In this document: in pieces, positions 44,464-59,122 of the stretch
Layout: every line of letters starts with the position of its first letter
Position numbering within the stretch: the first letter of the stretch is position 1
DNA from: Eledone cirrhosa
Lineage: Eukaryota
DNA length: 64,000 nt
Reading direction: 5' to 3'
NCBI GenBank assembly: GCA_964016885.1
Contig: OZ024743.1
Span: 346,890,001 to 346,954,000, forward strand
The notes under the pieces: model-generated
What the model was told of the DNA's origin: nothing
The model's input: the letters and a program-made list of their open reading frames with translations, nothing else
Databases searched by the model: none
Position numbers and translations under genes: made by a program

Positions 44464-47300
44464 AGGTAAACATAGAGGTATGTATGAAATATAAGGGATT
44501 TGGACATGTGAAAGATTTAAGCCAGTGATGAATATTTGAGGATTTATAGAAAGTTTGATAAATACTAAGGAGAAAAACAGAACAAAACAGATGAATCCTA
44601 GATTGCTTGAAGTAAGAAAAGTAGATGATCCGGGCAACTATCCAAATTCAAGCAATCAGAGCAAATTCTGCTGCAGAATTTATATTAACTGTATGTAATT
44701 CACTAACAAATATTGATTTTATACAATCTGTGGCTGCAAAATGCAGAATCGAATGATGCATGATGATAAATTCTAGTCTAAACATTTTACAAACTTATTC
44801 AGAAAGTATAGATGTTTACGTTGCTGCTATATGGAATCGAGAATAGTTAACACTTTTGTAGTAAAATATACTAAAGGAACAACAAAAACTTTCAACTGTG
44901 GGAACTGACAAATACATAAAAAGTTATTATTAAACTACGGTGGTCACTTGCAATCGATTATGACTTCATAGAATGTACAACACTTTCTCTTAGTGATACC
45001 GATGCACTGACGTAATCAAAAGCAGACACATTCTCCACCGTCATTACCCTTGAACTAGCGGGGCAGCCAGCATGTGAAAGCCGGAAAGAGGAAGGACTGT
45101 ACTAGCACTAGGCTGGCATATGTTTATACCAACTACAAAAGGATGAAAAGCAAAGTGGATTCGGTGGTACTATTTTTAACTCTGAATGTAAACACACGAA
45201 ACGAATACTGTAAGGCCTATTTAGTTTAGCGCTTCTGTCAAATCTCCGTCTTTCTCTAATTAAAGTTACAGCATGAACGTAGAATTTACATAGGTGTGAG
45301 AAAACTTTGGTAATAGTCATTATACATAGAATAAAAATTAGTTACACATAGTATACAATAAAATAAGGAAATCAGTTCTCCTGGTACAGAACATAAATAC
45401 ATAACGCTAGTTACGAAATCTCACTAATCGACATTCAGCCTGAATACGAAGGGCCAGTGACCTCTCCCAACTGTCATTGTCCGATCTACAAGCATATACC
45501 GAGAAAAATCATATTCACGTTTGCAATTTTCACTACTTTTACTCCCTTTTGGGAAATTTGCTGGCGGTGATCCGCTCTTTCTGCACCCTAACCTCCCTGT
45601 CCAGGTGAAATTTGAAGAAGTCTGTGAGAGCTTGACTAAAGAGGAATGAGTCTGTCTTCAGTCATTTCAGACCTGTTCACGCAACCTGTTTCGCCCAAAT
45701 CCACAGCCATAAGAAAACTGCTCGCTCTTCTCTGTTAAAACAGGGCGACGGGATGATCTTCAGGATGAACTCAATCGATAGAATAAAAAATATTAATACA
45801 AATTACATTATTAACTGTAATGGTGATCATTGCGATGATAACGATAAACTTGTTGGTAACGTTATTACCGATGATGAGTAAGGAAAGATGATGATAATGA
45901 TCGAGGTGATGATGATGGCGCTAGTAGTGATGATGAAGATGACTACGATAAAGGCACTCGGGATGATGATGATTACAACAAAGATGATGATAATTTCGAC
46001 GATGATTGTGATGGCAGCTGTATGATTAATTGGCTGGCAAGATGATTTGAATGCATGGTGTTAGTTAAAATAATTCTACTTGTTGAATGAGGCACAGGAT
46101 CGTCTCCCCGTCTCCCCCACAAACTAATAAATAAAATAAGGGATAAAGGGAGGAGGTTGGCACAAGTCCAGGCTAGTTTCAGTTTCATGTCAAATGAATT
46201 GATTATTCAGCGTTAAATGTAGACCTAACCAATCAACCTCATCTGTGTGTCTCCTCTCTTTGTCTATATCTTTAGTTTCCTGCTTATCATACCCTCTCAC
46301 ACTTTTGTCTGTTCATATATCTCTCTTTATGATCCGTTCTCTATTCTAGCTTACCTAATTATATATTTTCTGTCGTACAGAGTTATCTACTTTTTTTTAT
46401 CCTTATAAACATTCTAAAAGCATCTTCTAAAAGAAGGTTTGAAGAATGGAAATACATAAATGAATAATTACACTAGTAAGAAGCCAGAAATATCCTCCAT
46501 TTCCTGGCATAGCTTCAACAAGCAGCCCCTTGTGTTGATCAACAAACTGGAATATTCATCATTGAGCGTCATAGCGGTACATTTATAAATCTGTATCATG
46601 CAGCCACGGAAATACCGATTTTTCCCACACATAGTTTCAATATGACTAAATTTCCTCAAGTCTTTTTTTAGTTTTTTAGTCTTTTGACGGTAGATGGTGT
46701 TTAAAGGTATATTTGACTGCTGTTTCTTGCAGGCTGGATGATTACGTAACATCGCGTGGTTATATTTATTGACGCTTTGAATAACTTCATATATCTAATC
46801 ACTGTTAGTTACATTGTTAGTCGACTAAACAATAAAGTGTGGTTAATACCATTTCTTCTCAACGACTGGGTTCCGAATTCAAGCGGAGTAAGCAGCTGAT
46901 TACTGCAAACAATGTGACAGAAATTTTGTAGACACATACATATGGCTGCCTCACAAACACACAGATAACGCCGCATCCCCATCTATATGATCAATATATA
47001 AAACATTAATCATATTGTCTGGTAAATTGGTTGGCCAATTGGATTGCTAAATATAGCTCGCCGTTAGAACCTTCGGCCAGCTGTAGTAATTTAAAATAAA
47101 AAAAAATATTTTATGAGCAGTAACACATCAGTATATATTGCCTAGTCCAAATGCATCCAATATATATAATTGTATATTCATATATATATATATAAGATGG
47201 CTGCAACTAAATTTCGAGTATTGCTTTGTATTGGTAAGTGAAGACATTCTCTTGAGATGGGCGAAGCAATTACGAATAAGCAACTCAGTAATTAGCTACA

Positions 47301-48288
<988 letters not shown>

Positions 48289-48435
48289 TGTATGTATATT
48301 ATATTTGGTAATTAAAAACATTTTGAAGACCTTGCGCTATTATTTTAAAGTCTTCAAAATGTTTTAAATTAAACATACGGTATATTAGCAAATATACTAT
48401 GCATACATTCATGTATACATCGCTGTTTCAGAGCA

Positions 48436-48480
<45 letters not shown>

Positions 48481-48482
<2 letters not shown>

Positions 48483-48653
48483 CGAAGGAAGTGTGGTAAG
48501 GAACCAGGTGGATCATAACGTACCAGAGTACTCGCTACTTTGGGTAGTAGAGTGGGTAATAGGAAAAGTGTCAGCACCGCGACAGCAGAGCTCTAAGCCG
48601 ATCGACGGCTATTTTTGGAAATAGCTCTGCCGTCGGGGTCCTGACTCGTTTCC
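48481..48653. mobile_element. Family G mini fold-back element
   Basis: GTCAGCACCGCGACAGCAGAGCT..GACGGCTATTT-TTGG-AAATAGCTCTGCCGTCGGGGTCCTGAC; TA flanks. Confidence 0.75.
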
Positions 48654-48703
48654 TATATATATATATTTTCCTATATATATATATCTTTTCTTATTTATAT
48701 ATA

Positions 48704-49099
48704 TAAATATGTATACGTACATACATATATGTATACAGACGTACAGTAGTATGTATATATATACATACATGCACACATATATATATATGTACATATGGAT
48801 TTACCGAGCATTTATTATAATGCTCGGTTTGTTTGTAAACAAACATCCCGAATTAAGCTGTACAGTGTTTAGCAGCCATCGTTGCCCTTTTGTTCAACAC
48901 TGACAAAAGAACGATGTACTAGTTTCAAGCTAATTAGCTATCGTCAGCACCGTATACCTTCCTGCCAGATAATTGAACGCCTGAAAGTATATACTTTCCT
49001 TATGCATATTAACAGCTGAGCAGCCTAATTTTCATATCGAGTGAGTTAATCGGCCGGGCGCACCGAAAACGATAAATGGAAAAAATGAAACGAAGTTTC
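48704..49099 (-). mobile_element. Family E retrozyme-like monomer, circularly permuted relative to 15929
   Basis: Homologous throughout to the 15929-16973 units but starts at AAATATGTATACGTAC and reads through the unit junction (GATAAATGGAAAAAATGAAACG). Confidence 0.8.
48912..48952 (-). ncRNA. Intact minimal type I hammerhead ribozyme
   Basis: CGGTG-CTGACGA-T-AGCT-AATT-AGCT-T-GAAA-CTAG-TA-CATCG; stem I fully paired with one GU. Confidence 0.8.
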
Positions 49100-49196
49100 T
49101 GTATACATATTGCGTCCAGAAATAGCCGTCGAAACGGCTTGAGCTCTGCCATCGGGGTCATACTTTTATATATATATATATATATATTCCTTTTTT

Positions 49197-49300
<104 letters not shown>

Positions 49301-49309
49301 CATATATGT

Positions 49310-49502
49310 ATGAAAAACCACAAACCCTCCATCTCAATTCAACTTTTGAAAAGCACAAGAACTGCGAAACCGGTAACGGAACCAAATGAATATATTTTTT
49401 TTTTAAAGACTCCAGTTGCATCTTCGATTTCATCTTTTTTCTTTATACTTTCACTCGTGTAGGACACCTCGATTTTTTTTCATTTTGTAAAAAAAAACTC
49501 AC

Positions 49503-49510
<8 letters not shown>
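49310..49510 (+). mobile_element. Single-arm copy of family D with variant hammerhead (49342-49379)
   Basis: GAAAAACCACAAACCCTCCATCTC..TTGAAAA-GCACAAGAACTGC-GAAA-CCGG-TA..GTGTAGGACACCTCG, matches the reverse complement of 15301-15505; TA flanks. Confidence 0.75.
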
Positions 49511-49552
<42 letters not shown>

Positions 49553-49555
<3 letters not shown>

Positions 49556-51141
49556 ATATAATTAATAAATATCATAAATTCTGATTTAACCTTTATTACA
49601 CACATGGTAATGCAGTAACTTTTGATTGCCTACTTTAAGCTGGATAGATACAACTGACTTGGAGTATCCTTAATTGCTTACACCTGCTTATGAACGATAT
49701 ATATATATATATATATATACATTAAAATATATGATAAACACAAAACGTGTTTGCATTGCAACAGATAGTCAGCTATTAATGAAATAAACTAATTAAAGTG
49801 AATACAATTTGTCTGTCTCGATATAAGTCAATAAAGACAATCTTATATTGGCAACTGCCATGATTCCTGGACAGATTTAAATTTCAAAATCCAAACCTGT
49901 TCTGTAGACGAATTTGAACCTCGAAACCTAAATCCGTTTCGCAATGGTGCTATGTGAATTTAAAAAATAAAGAGAATCGAAATGGAATTGAAATAAAAAG
50001 TGAAATATCCAAATCTTCTGTGCATATCAACAGGAATCCAGTAGAAATTAGTACATTTCACATCAAAAAATTTTGCGAGTCTGACTACACGTGTATAGCC
50101 AGACCAAACTAGCCGTCCCGCATTAACGGTGCTAGAAATAACAGCCATATATGCGGGATTAAAAATCAGCTCTAACATTTAAGGAGCAATATACTATATA
50201 ATATTTTGAGAATAAGCTCTCAGTCCTTTACAATAATTAAGCTCCAGGAAAGGGTCATTTCCGAGCAGTTAAATACATTAAAATATATGATAAACACAAA
50301 ACGTGTTTGCATTGCAACAGACAGTCAGCTATTAATGAAATAAGCTAATTAAAGTGAATACAATTTGTCTGTCTCGATATAAGTCAATAAAGACAATCTT
50401 ATATTGGCAACTGCCATGGTTCCTGGACAGATTTAAATTTCAAAATCCAAACCTGTTCTGTAGACGAATTTGAACCTCGAAACCTAAATCCGTTTCGCAA
50501 ATGTATTTAACTGCTCGGAAATGACCCTTTCCTGGAGCTTAATTATTGTAAAGGACTGAGAGCTTATTCTCAAAATATTATATAGTATATTGCTCCTTAA
50601 ATGTTAGAGCTGATTTTTAATCCCGCATATATGGCTGTTATTTCTAGCACCGTTAATGCGGGACGGCTAGTTTGGTCTGGCTATACACGTGTAGTCAGAC
50701 TCGCAAAATTTTTTGATGTGAAATGTACTAATTTCTACTGGATTCCTGTTGATATGCACAGAAGATTTGGATATTTCACTTTTTATTTCAATTCCATTTC
50801 GATTCTCTTTATTTTTTAAATTCACATAGCACCATTGCGAAACGGATTTAGGTTTCGAGGTTCAAATTCGTCTACAGAACAGGTTTGGATTTTGAAATTT
50901 AAATCTGTCCAGGAATCATGGCAGTTGCCAATATAAGATTGTCTTTATTGACTTATATCGAGACAGACAAATTGTATTCACTTTAATTAGTTTATTTCAT
51001 TAATAGCTGACTGTCTGTTGCAATGCAAACACGTTTTGTGTTTATCATATATTTTAATGTATTTAACTGCTCGGAAATGACCCTTTCCTGGAGCTTAATT
51101 ATTGTAAAGGACTGAGAGCTTATTCTCAAAATATTATATAG

Positions 51142-51188
<47 letters not shown>

Positions 51189-51382
51189 GTGTAGCTAGTT
51201 GGTGCATTGTTTATCCGTAAGAATTGCGTAATAGCTTCTCGTTCGTAAACAGGTGTAAGCAATTAAGGATACTCCAAGTCAGTTGTATCTATCCAGCTTA
51301 AAGTAGGCAATCAAAGGTTACTGCGTTCCATGTGTGGATTAAACGTTAACTTAGAATTTATGATATTTATTAATTATATAAC
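49553..51382. mobile_element. Outer fold-back element with about 145-bp arms (49553-49697 / 51239-51382) enclosing the family I insertion
   Basis: GATTGCCTACTTTAAGCTGGATAGATACAACTGACTTGGAGTATCCTTAATTGCTTACACCTG versus its reverse complement at about 51251-51313. Confidence 0.8.
49718..51146. mobile_element. Family I: 556-bp tandem unit present as about 1.4 copies (49718-50500) then about 1.16 inverted copies (50500-51146)
   Basis: TACATTAAAATATATG repeats at 49718 and 50274; ATGTATTTAACTGCTCGG at 50501 and 51057; the identical 72-aa ORF on both strands reflects the inversion; degenerate hammerhead at 50745-50852 (+) and 49927-50034 (-). Confidence 0.85.
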
Positions 51383-51521
51383 AGTAACCTAAACCAGTGT
51401 GACGTCATAAGATATTAACACATTTATTTAGGTGGTTTGATATATAGTCGGTTAACGCGTCAATGTCTGGGAAAGTCCGGAGAACATGATATTCGAAGCT
51501 GTCGACTGAGAGATGAAATAT

Positions 51522-51556
<35 letters not shown>

Positions 51557-52747
51557 TATATTATATATATATATATATATATATTAATGAGACCAACGAA
51601 AGAGGGATCGTTAGCGATATGGTCTATCGTAACCTAATGCTGTCACATTTGTCTCTGTATGAAACTATTTACATTGCAACAGACAACTCTCCCTTAAAAT
51701 GTGTTTGGATTATCTTTGTGCTGTTGTATGGGAAACTTTATCCTGACTAATTTAAATTATTCTCTGTCACCATATAAACTTTACCCAATACATACCACCA
51801 ATTCTTTTTTCGCCAATTCTTCCATGCCACTGTCACCACAGTTATGATACTGTTATCATAACTTTACTGTCATATTCTGACATTCTTAAATACAACACTA
51901 GAAATTCTAACTGGGATATGGGGGACTAATTAGTCTCATCTCAATGAAGATCCTTTCTAGAAGCAGGAACTAACCACCAATCAACAGAATTTCTTAAATC
52001 AAAGACAATAGCTGTCCCGACAAGCTGCAGGCTGTCGAAATTCTTCAGCTAGCACGGGATCTGGATTAGCCAATGAGAAACATAAATATTTAGATGCTCT
52101 CAACCCCTTATCAAACAGGCGGTTACATCTGAAGTACCATGAGCATTTTATTCCGCCTGCAAAACTTAAGTTAGTAGATATCTATTCGAAAACTATAAAC
52201 GGGTGGATTAGCAGCGTTCATTCTGCAGCATTCTGCATCTAGCATTGCGTGTAAGGAGAGATTTGATGTCTGTGAGTAAATGAACCCGCAAAAACAATAA
52301 CAACTCATAATACATATTTGTTTCTACTTTAGGCACAAAGCCAGCAATTGCCCAGTTCATTACTGGTACTTTATTTTATCGACCCCGTAAGGATGAAAGG
52401 CAAAGTCAACCTCGGATAATACATATTGAAAGAAAGACATTGTTAAAGTCAAATTATATGCTTGTCATATACTCTTTTAATATTTTACCAGTTCCAGCCA
52501 TCCGTGTATTTCGAGGAAGATTTGTTATATTCAATTAATAATTTGTAAAAACTCTTAGATTTATTTCTCGTTCATTTTTGGTAAACAGGACTGCAATGTT
52601 AAAATATTTCGTCCCACTTCTGCAAACTAGATTTTGACTGAGTTCCACTACCAATAGAGATTTCGAATGTTGTAGATGGTTAAAATGATTCTACACCGAT
52701 ATACATACATACATACATACATATATATATATGTATATATATATATA

Positions 52748-52780
<33 letters not shown>

Positions 52781-52821
52781 GGAGAGCGTGAGAGAGAGAG
52801 AGTGAGAGAGAGAGATAGAGA

Positions 52822-52900
<79 letters not shown>

Positions 52901-52901
<1 letters not shown>

Positions 52902-53173
52902 CGGGGCCTAGTGGTAAGAGTGTTGGACTTACGATCATAATGTCGTGGTTTCGATTCCTGGGCTGCGTGTTGTGTTCTTGAGCAAAACACTTCATTTCAC
53001 GTTGCTCCTGTATACTCAGGTGAAAATGAATACCAGCAATAGTTGGGGGTTTAACCCTGCGATGGACTGGCGTCCTGCCTGTCCAGGGGGAAGTCTTGTA
53101 CTCTCAGTCGCTTCACCCCATGAAACCGGGATAAGCACCGGCCAAATGAGCCTTCTGGCTTAAGACAGACTTT
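52901..53173 (+). mobile_element. tRNA-derived SINE family 3 (V-domain-like)
   Basis: GGCCTAGTGGTAAGAG A box, GGTTTCGATTCC B box, TTCTTGAGCAAAACAC, CCCTGCGATGGACTGGCGTCC, tail GAAACCGGGATAAGCACCGG. Confidence 0.8.
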
Positions 53174-53190
53174 AATCTATATATATATAT

Positions 53191-53344
<154 letters not shown>

Positions 53345-53356
53345 ATATACATATAT

Positions 53357-53426
<70 letters not shown>

Positions 53427-53445
53427 CTGCGTGTGAGCGTGTATA

Positions 53446-53488
<43 letters not shown>

Positions 53489-53748
53489 TTATATACACAC
53501 ACAAGTACATATACGTAAATTCATACATACATACATAAATGAGTTATAGTTTAGTATACATGCAAAGATAATGGAGTTAATTATTTGCCGATTTCAAGTC
53601 CCCCTGTTTAGAAACAGCTCTAAAGAAAGGGTAGAAATGTCATACCAAAATTTGGCACTCTCTGGGAAATGTCAGAGTCCAAAGAACTAACAGATGAGGA
53701 GGTATCATACAACATAATCACGCCCTCCACTTACACAATCGACATTGA

Positions 53749-53794
<46 letters not shown>

Positions 53795-53875
53795 TGCGCG
53801 CGTATGTGTATGAGTTGCATATATATATATTTAGATATATATCTATATACGTATATATATAGGTGTGTGTGTATG

Positions 53876-53921
<46 letters not shown>

Positions 53922-56510
53922 AATATATATAAATGCATATACACGAATGCATATGAAGGAATACATACATTTATATATGGTTGTGCGTGCGTATACGTGT
54001 GTTTGATTCCGTGTGTGTATAAAAATGTATCCTTACTACAAAACATTCATATCGAAAACAATTGTGAACTGTTTGTTCTTGTTTTTCAGAGAGAATGCTG
54101 ATGTTGGTGTTAAAGTAGAAAGTTGTGGCAGTATAAGTTTGTGGTGTTTTTAGTATTTGTTTTGTTGGTGTGTAGTTATACTTGTGTTGTTGCTGTTGTT
54201 TGATGTATTTACATATTTACTTTTTGTTTCTTTTATACTATTTTGGGCTAGGTCTGACCTCAGCAACAGACATATATTTATTTATGTATTTTTATATATG
54301 TTTGTTTCTTATAACGCAACTCGTGAAAAGAGTTTTAACGAATGCATATGCAGGAATACGTTCATTTGAGTGTATGCATGCGTATTCCTCTGTGCCTCTG
54401 CGTGTGTAACAACCCAATTCGGTTGCCATAGACTGAATGCTTTCTACTCTTAGTCGTTTTTTGTTAACACTGTTATGGAGGCAAGGAGCAACAGCAACCG
54501 CCGCAGATGTAGTAACAACAACAACAAAAACCCACAAAAACAAATGCATAGAAAATAAACTAACAGTAAAAAAAAAAAAATCTACAACAAAAAATAAACA
54601 CCCACGAACCATTAATAGATATAAAATAATTTATCAGAAATCTAATCAAACAAACGTAAACCGCCTTACATTGCACCTGATAATATATTATTAATCAAAT
54701 ATATAACTAATCTCCTTTGCATCAACCAAGAAAACTCAATCCTGAAATCCTCAGAAATGAACTTCCGATGACATATACGTATGTTAAGAAGTTAATAACA
54801 CATTAGTTATTAATGTAATATCGATAACTAGTAGATTAAATATACAATTAGTTAAAAATTCACCATGATTGAACATGTAACTAACAATACTCATGCTCTG
54901 ACAAAGAATCTTTAACTTCTGGTGGAATCGGAAGGGCGGCGTCATGTTGAACGGCGTAACTTGGGTATTTTAAACTGATGGAGAGAGTGAGATAGAAAAT
55001 GTCAAAGAGAGGTAGAGGAAAATTTTACTCTAATACTGGACTGATACTTTATTTATCGATCCCGAAACGATGAAAGGCAAAGTTGATCGAAACTGTATTT
55101 AAACTCCGGGCGCAACGAATAAAGCAAAGCATTGTATTCGGCGCTTTAACGATCCTCACATTTCGCCGTTTTTCTTCTTCTTCTTTTCCGAATTTCCTAC
55201 CGTATCTATGACAATATTTCCCAAAGTGTGTTCTGAAGAATGCGAAAACAAAATTCTATGTTCCTGAGAGATAAAGTTTTCCTTTTTTAATAAGATTTAA
55301 TAACAAATATTTATATCAGCATTTATATTATACAAAACAAGTAAGATGGTAAATTTGGCCGAGTAATTAATTATACCTTGCGGTATTTGTCTTTGTACAT
55401 TGCACTGAAAGATAACAATTTGGTGTTCAACGTTTCAAGGTTGATACATAAAGTACCCATCCAATCAACTCCTTAGGCTGTAACTTCTATGGTGCTGTTT
55501 TGGCGGATATTGCGGATATTGCAGACATTTTGAATATATAGTGCTGTTCATTCTGCTGGAAATATTTGATCAGATCTCCAGTTTTTAACCGCCCGTGTGG
55601 CTTCACGTTAGATATCAGCCACATCAACTTAAGCAGTTTTTACAGTCAATACAAAGCCCAGGGATGCTCTCTTTCTCCTCTAATTAACATATTAAAACAT
55701 AGCAACAATTATGATATGAGTGTATATGATAATGTTTATTTCAGTCTGTCTATATAATGTGTACATCTGTGTGCATCTGTATGCGTATGTTTAAGTAAAA
55801 TCAATTAGTTAGACGCTTTGATTGGATGTCACTGGGTGCAGTTTAATAATGATGATTCGTCTGAGAGATTAACCTTCGTTTTCACTAATATTTTGCTCTC
55901 ACTCTCTCTCTCCACGCCCCTCTCTCTCTCTTTCTATCTATCCGTCGATCTCTTTGTTTTTCTCTCTCTCGTCCTTACTGTCGATCTGTTATCCTACCCC
56001 ACTCTCTCACTTTGTATCTGTTATCCTTGTTATTGCTTGTATCTCTATGTCAAATATTGACGTAGTCACAGGCATGACTGAATAATTAATAAGTTCACTT
56101 CGGAATCTCGAGGTCGCGGGTCCGAATCTACTACTTGGCCTCTCTGGACAAGTGTCTTTCCTACAGCTCCGGTTAATCAAAACCCTTCAGTCAGTGACTT
56201 GAATGGCAGCCCGAAGAATGGATTGTACACATTTCTCACATATTGCGTCAGGCTGATTCCACTATGAAATTTAGATAATGGAATAGAAAACCACATAAAC
56301 ATAAACTCACATGTATATCATCCAGTTGATTGTAAAACATTGAAATTGACGGAAAATTCATTTTATGTTAAACACTTTTGTGTTTCACACATTAAAATTC
56401 CAGAATCTGTTTTTTCTTTATACTATTTCCTCCTTTCCCTATTTATCTCTTTATTTCTCTCGTCGTTTCTTCTTTCACACTTTATCTCTTTCTTCCTTTC
56501 TTTATTTCCT

Positions 56511-56565
<55 letters not shown>

Positions 56566-56823
56566 CTATTTCTCTCTTTCATAGTCTTAGTCATTTCCTC
56601 TCAGTCAAGCACACGGAGTTTGCTCTCCGTGTCTCCCTTTCAGAGTATATGTTTGACCTTTCTCGGAAACAGTTTATGGGGTTATTATCCACGGTAGAAA
56701 ATGTAGAGGCCTAACAAAGGTTTGTATGTTTTTGATGTGGGTGTTTTGATGATGTCAGAACCACATTGATTTTGCTAAATAGATTACATACAGATATGTA
56801 TATATATATGAGAATACACACAC

Positions 56824-56870
<47 letters not shown>

Positions 56871-57354
56871 CGTTGGTAGAAATCCGTAGATGAGGGATCA
56901 AGGAAACTGTGCTCGATCGGTCGGAAGAGAGCTTATTTACTATAAACAAAGTTTCATACACTTAACATGTATGTGCTTCCAATGGTTTCGGGTTCCAGTC
57001 ATGGCCACCACTGCATGACGGAGGTGGCACTTTTAAACTGCCCCTTCATTCGGGTACGTGGACAAAAATAGAAAGGTATATTCGATGCATGGAGGTAATG
57101 GGCTAAAAGCTGTTTGTATACGAATTTATCAACTTTTCCTGCATGAAGGGATTTGTCAGGTAGATAATTTGTTTCATGCAAAGGTACATAGGGATACACA
57201 GGACACAGGTGATGAATAATTTAGATTTAAACATATGACATACATGCATTTTCACGCATACCTGTGCGAGCACAGTTATAACATTGCACAGGAATCTACG
57301 GGTAGCAAAACATGCATAAATGGATACACACGCGCACACACATACACACACACG

Positions 57355-57485
<131 letters not shown>

Positions 57486-57523
57486 CGAAATATCCACTTC
57501 TGCGTTTACAGATTGACTTTGTT

Positions 57524-57574
57524 AGTTTCAGAAGATCCCGTTAAGGGTGAAAGCAGCGATTCTTTGCTTAAACT
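57524..57574 (+). ncRNA. Type I hammerhead motif with one core substitution, in a ~110-bp insert between microsatellites
   Basis: AGTTT-CAGAAGA-T-CCC-GTTAA-GGG-T-GAAA-GCAG-CGATTCT-TTGC-TT-AAACT. Confidence 0.6.
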
Positions 57575-57590
57575 TTAATCTGTTATTTTA

Positions 57591-57621
<31 letters not shown>

Positions 57622-58520
57622 AGCTGAAATCATACACAGACTCACACAATTATATGTATATACCCGTATCTAGGTATACATATATATGTTCATCTAGATC
57701 TAGATCTTGATGCGTGTCTATCCATAAGTGTGTGTAAATATATATGATTTGTGCCTGCATATATATATGTGTGTGTGTATGAATTTATGAATGTATGGTT
57801 AACCGTACAGTTGTATTCAAAGTTATACATGTGCGATCACACATATGCATGAAGCTGAATGCATATCTTATGTTTAAATCTTAATTATTCATCATCTATG
57901 TCCGTGTGTGTACGTGTGTACGCTTAAATACGACAAACTATCTCCTTTCAAGCACGAACATTTGATGAATTCGTATTAAAACCAGTTTTCAGCATATGAT
58001 TTCCTCCCCTGCGTCGAATATAGCTCTCTACTATAAGGAGTGAGATTCGGCCTAAATATATCAATTTCCCCTTTTCATATATTTGTCCAGATACCTGAAA
58101 CAAAGGCTAGTTTAAGTGCCTCATCTATTATACAATGGTGACCATGACTGGAACACGAAACCTATGGTAGCACATCGATACATCGATGTTAAGTGTATGA
58201 AATTTGTTTAGACTATTGATAAATATAAATATATATATATATATATGTGTGTGTGTGTTCTCCTTGCTCTTCCATTGCCAATATATTCAGTCAGCCACAA
58301 CTACTGACAGAAGAAGCAATGTGAAATAAATTGTTTCGTTCAAGAACACAGCACACTGTCCGGCCCATGAATTGAACACACGACCTTATAATCGTTAATC
58401 CTACAGCCTAACCCCATATGTGTATATATAATGTACGTATGTGTGTACGTATGTGTGTACGTATGTGTGTGTATGTATTAATTTTTTAATGCTTGCATGC
58501 ATGTATGTATGTATGTATGT

Positions 58521-59122
58521 CAGGTCACCAGTTGGTGCTACTGGTAACATGTATCCCAGTACAGCCTGTCTCATGGTCGGGTCGTTGGCGACTAAACTGG
58601 CAACCCCACCAAGGTTTTTTGGTGAGGAGGGTGACTTTGGACATCCTGCAGGACTAAAAACAAAATCTGTCAAAGGGAAAAGGAGCTCTTAATAATCAAT
58701 GGCCATCCAAAATCACCGGGAGAGATGACCCCTTAGCCTTTGTCAAGGCAGAATTCTAGAAGGAAAACTCTGATATAACACCTGCAATCCTGATGGTATC
58801 CAATGATGTTGACTTGTTCTTCTTTTTGGTAAATATCATCTTGGTTAAGAGAGTGGGACTGGCTTTGTGGAGTGCCTTTGCTCACTATAAAAGCTTCACG
58901 GCACAGGCATTGCTTTATATCTGGAGATCTCTCTGCACTTGTCGTCACATGGTACCATGGGCCCAGCACTATGTGTCAGTAATTGTCACAAGTGTAGTGT
59001 TTGTACCAGAGTTTTCAAGTCGCTGGCTGGACTAAAAAGTCACACTTGTTCAGCGCATTAGTAGGGGTTCTCCTACATGGATATAAAGTAGTGGCCGTAC
59101 TTGAAAACGAGTTGGCAGCCAC
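58521..59122 (+). mobile_element. About 600-bp insertion in (TATG)n, possibly RTE-LINE 5' UTR derived
   Basis: GC-richer block flanked by (TATG)n on both sides; CTAGAAGGAAAACTCTGA resembles an RTE 5' UTR motif (from recall, unverified). Confidence 0.35.

Noticed and set aside
49960-50819. Identical 72-aa ORFs on opposite strands as a duplicated gene
   Set aside because: By-product of the inverted 556-bp repeat; no recognisable domain
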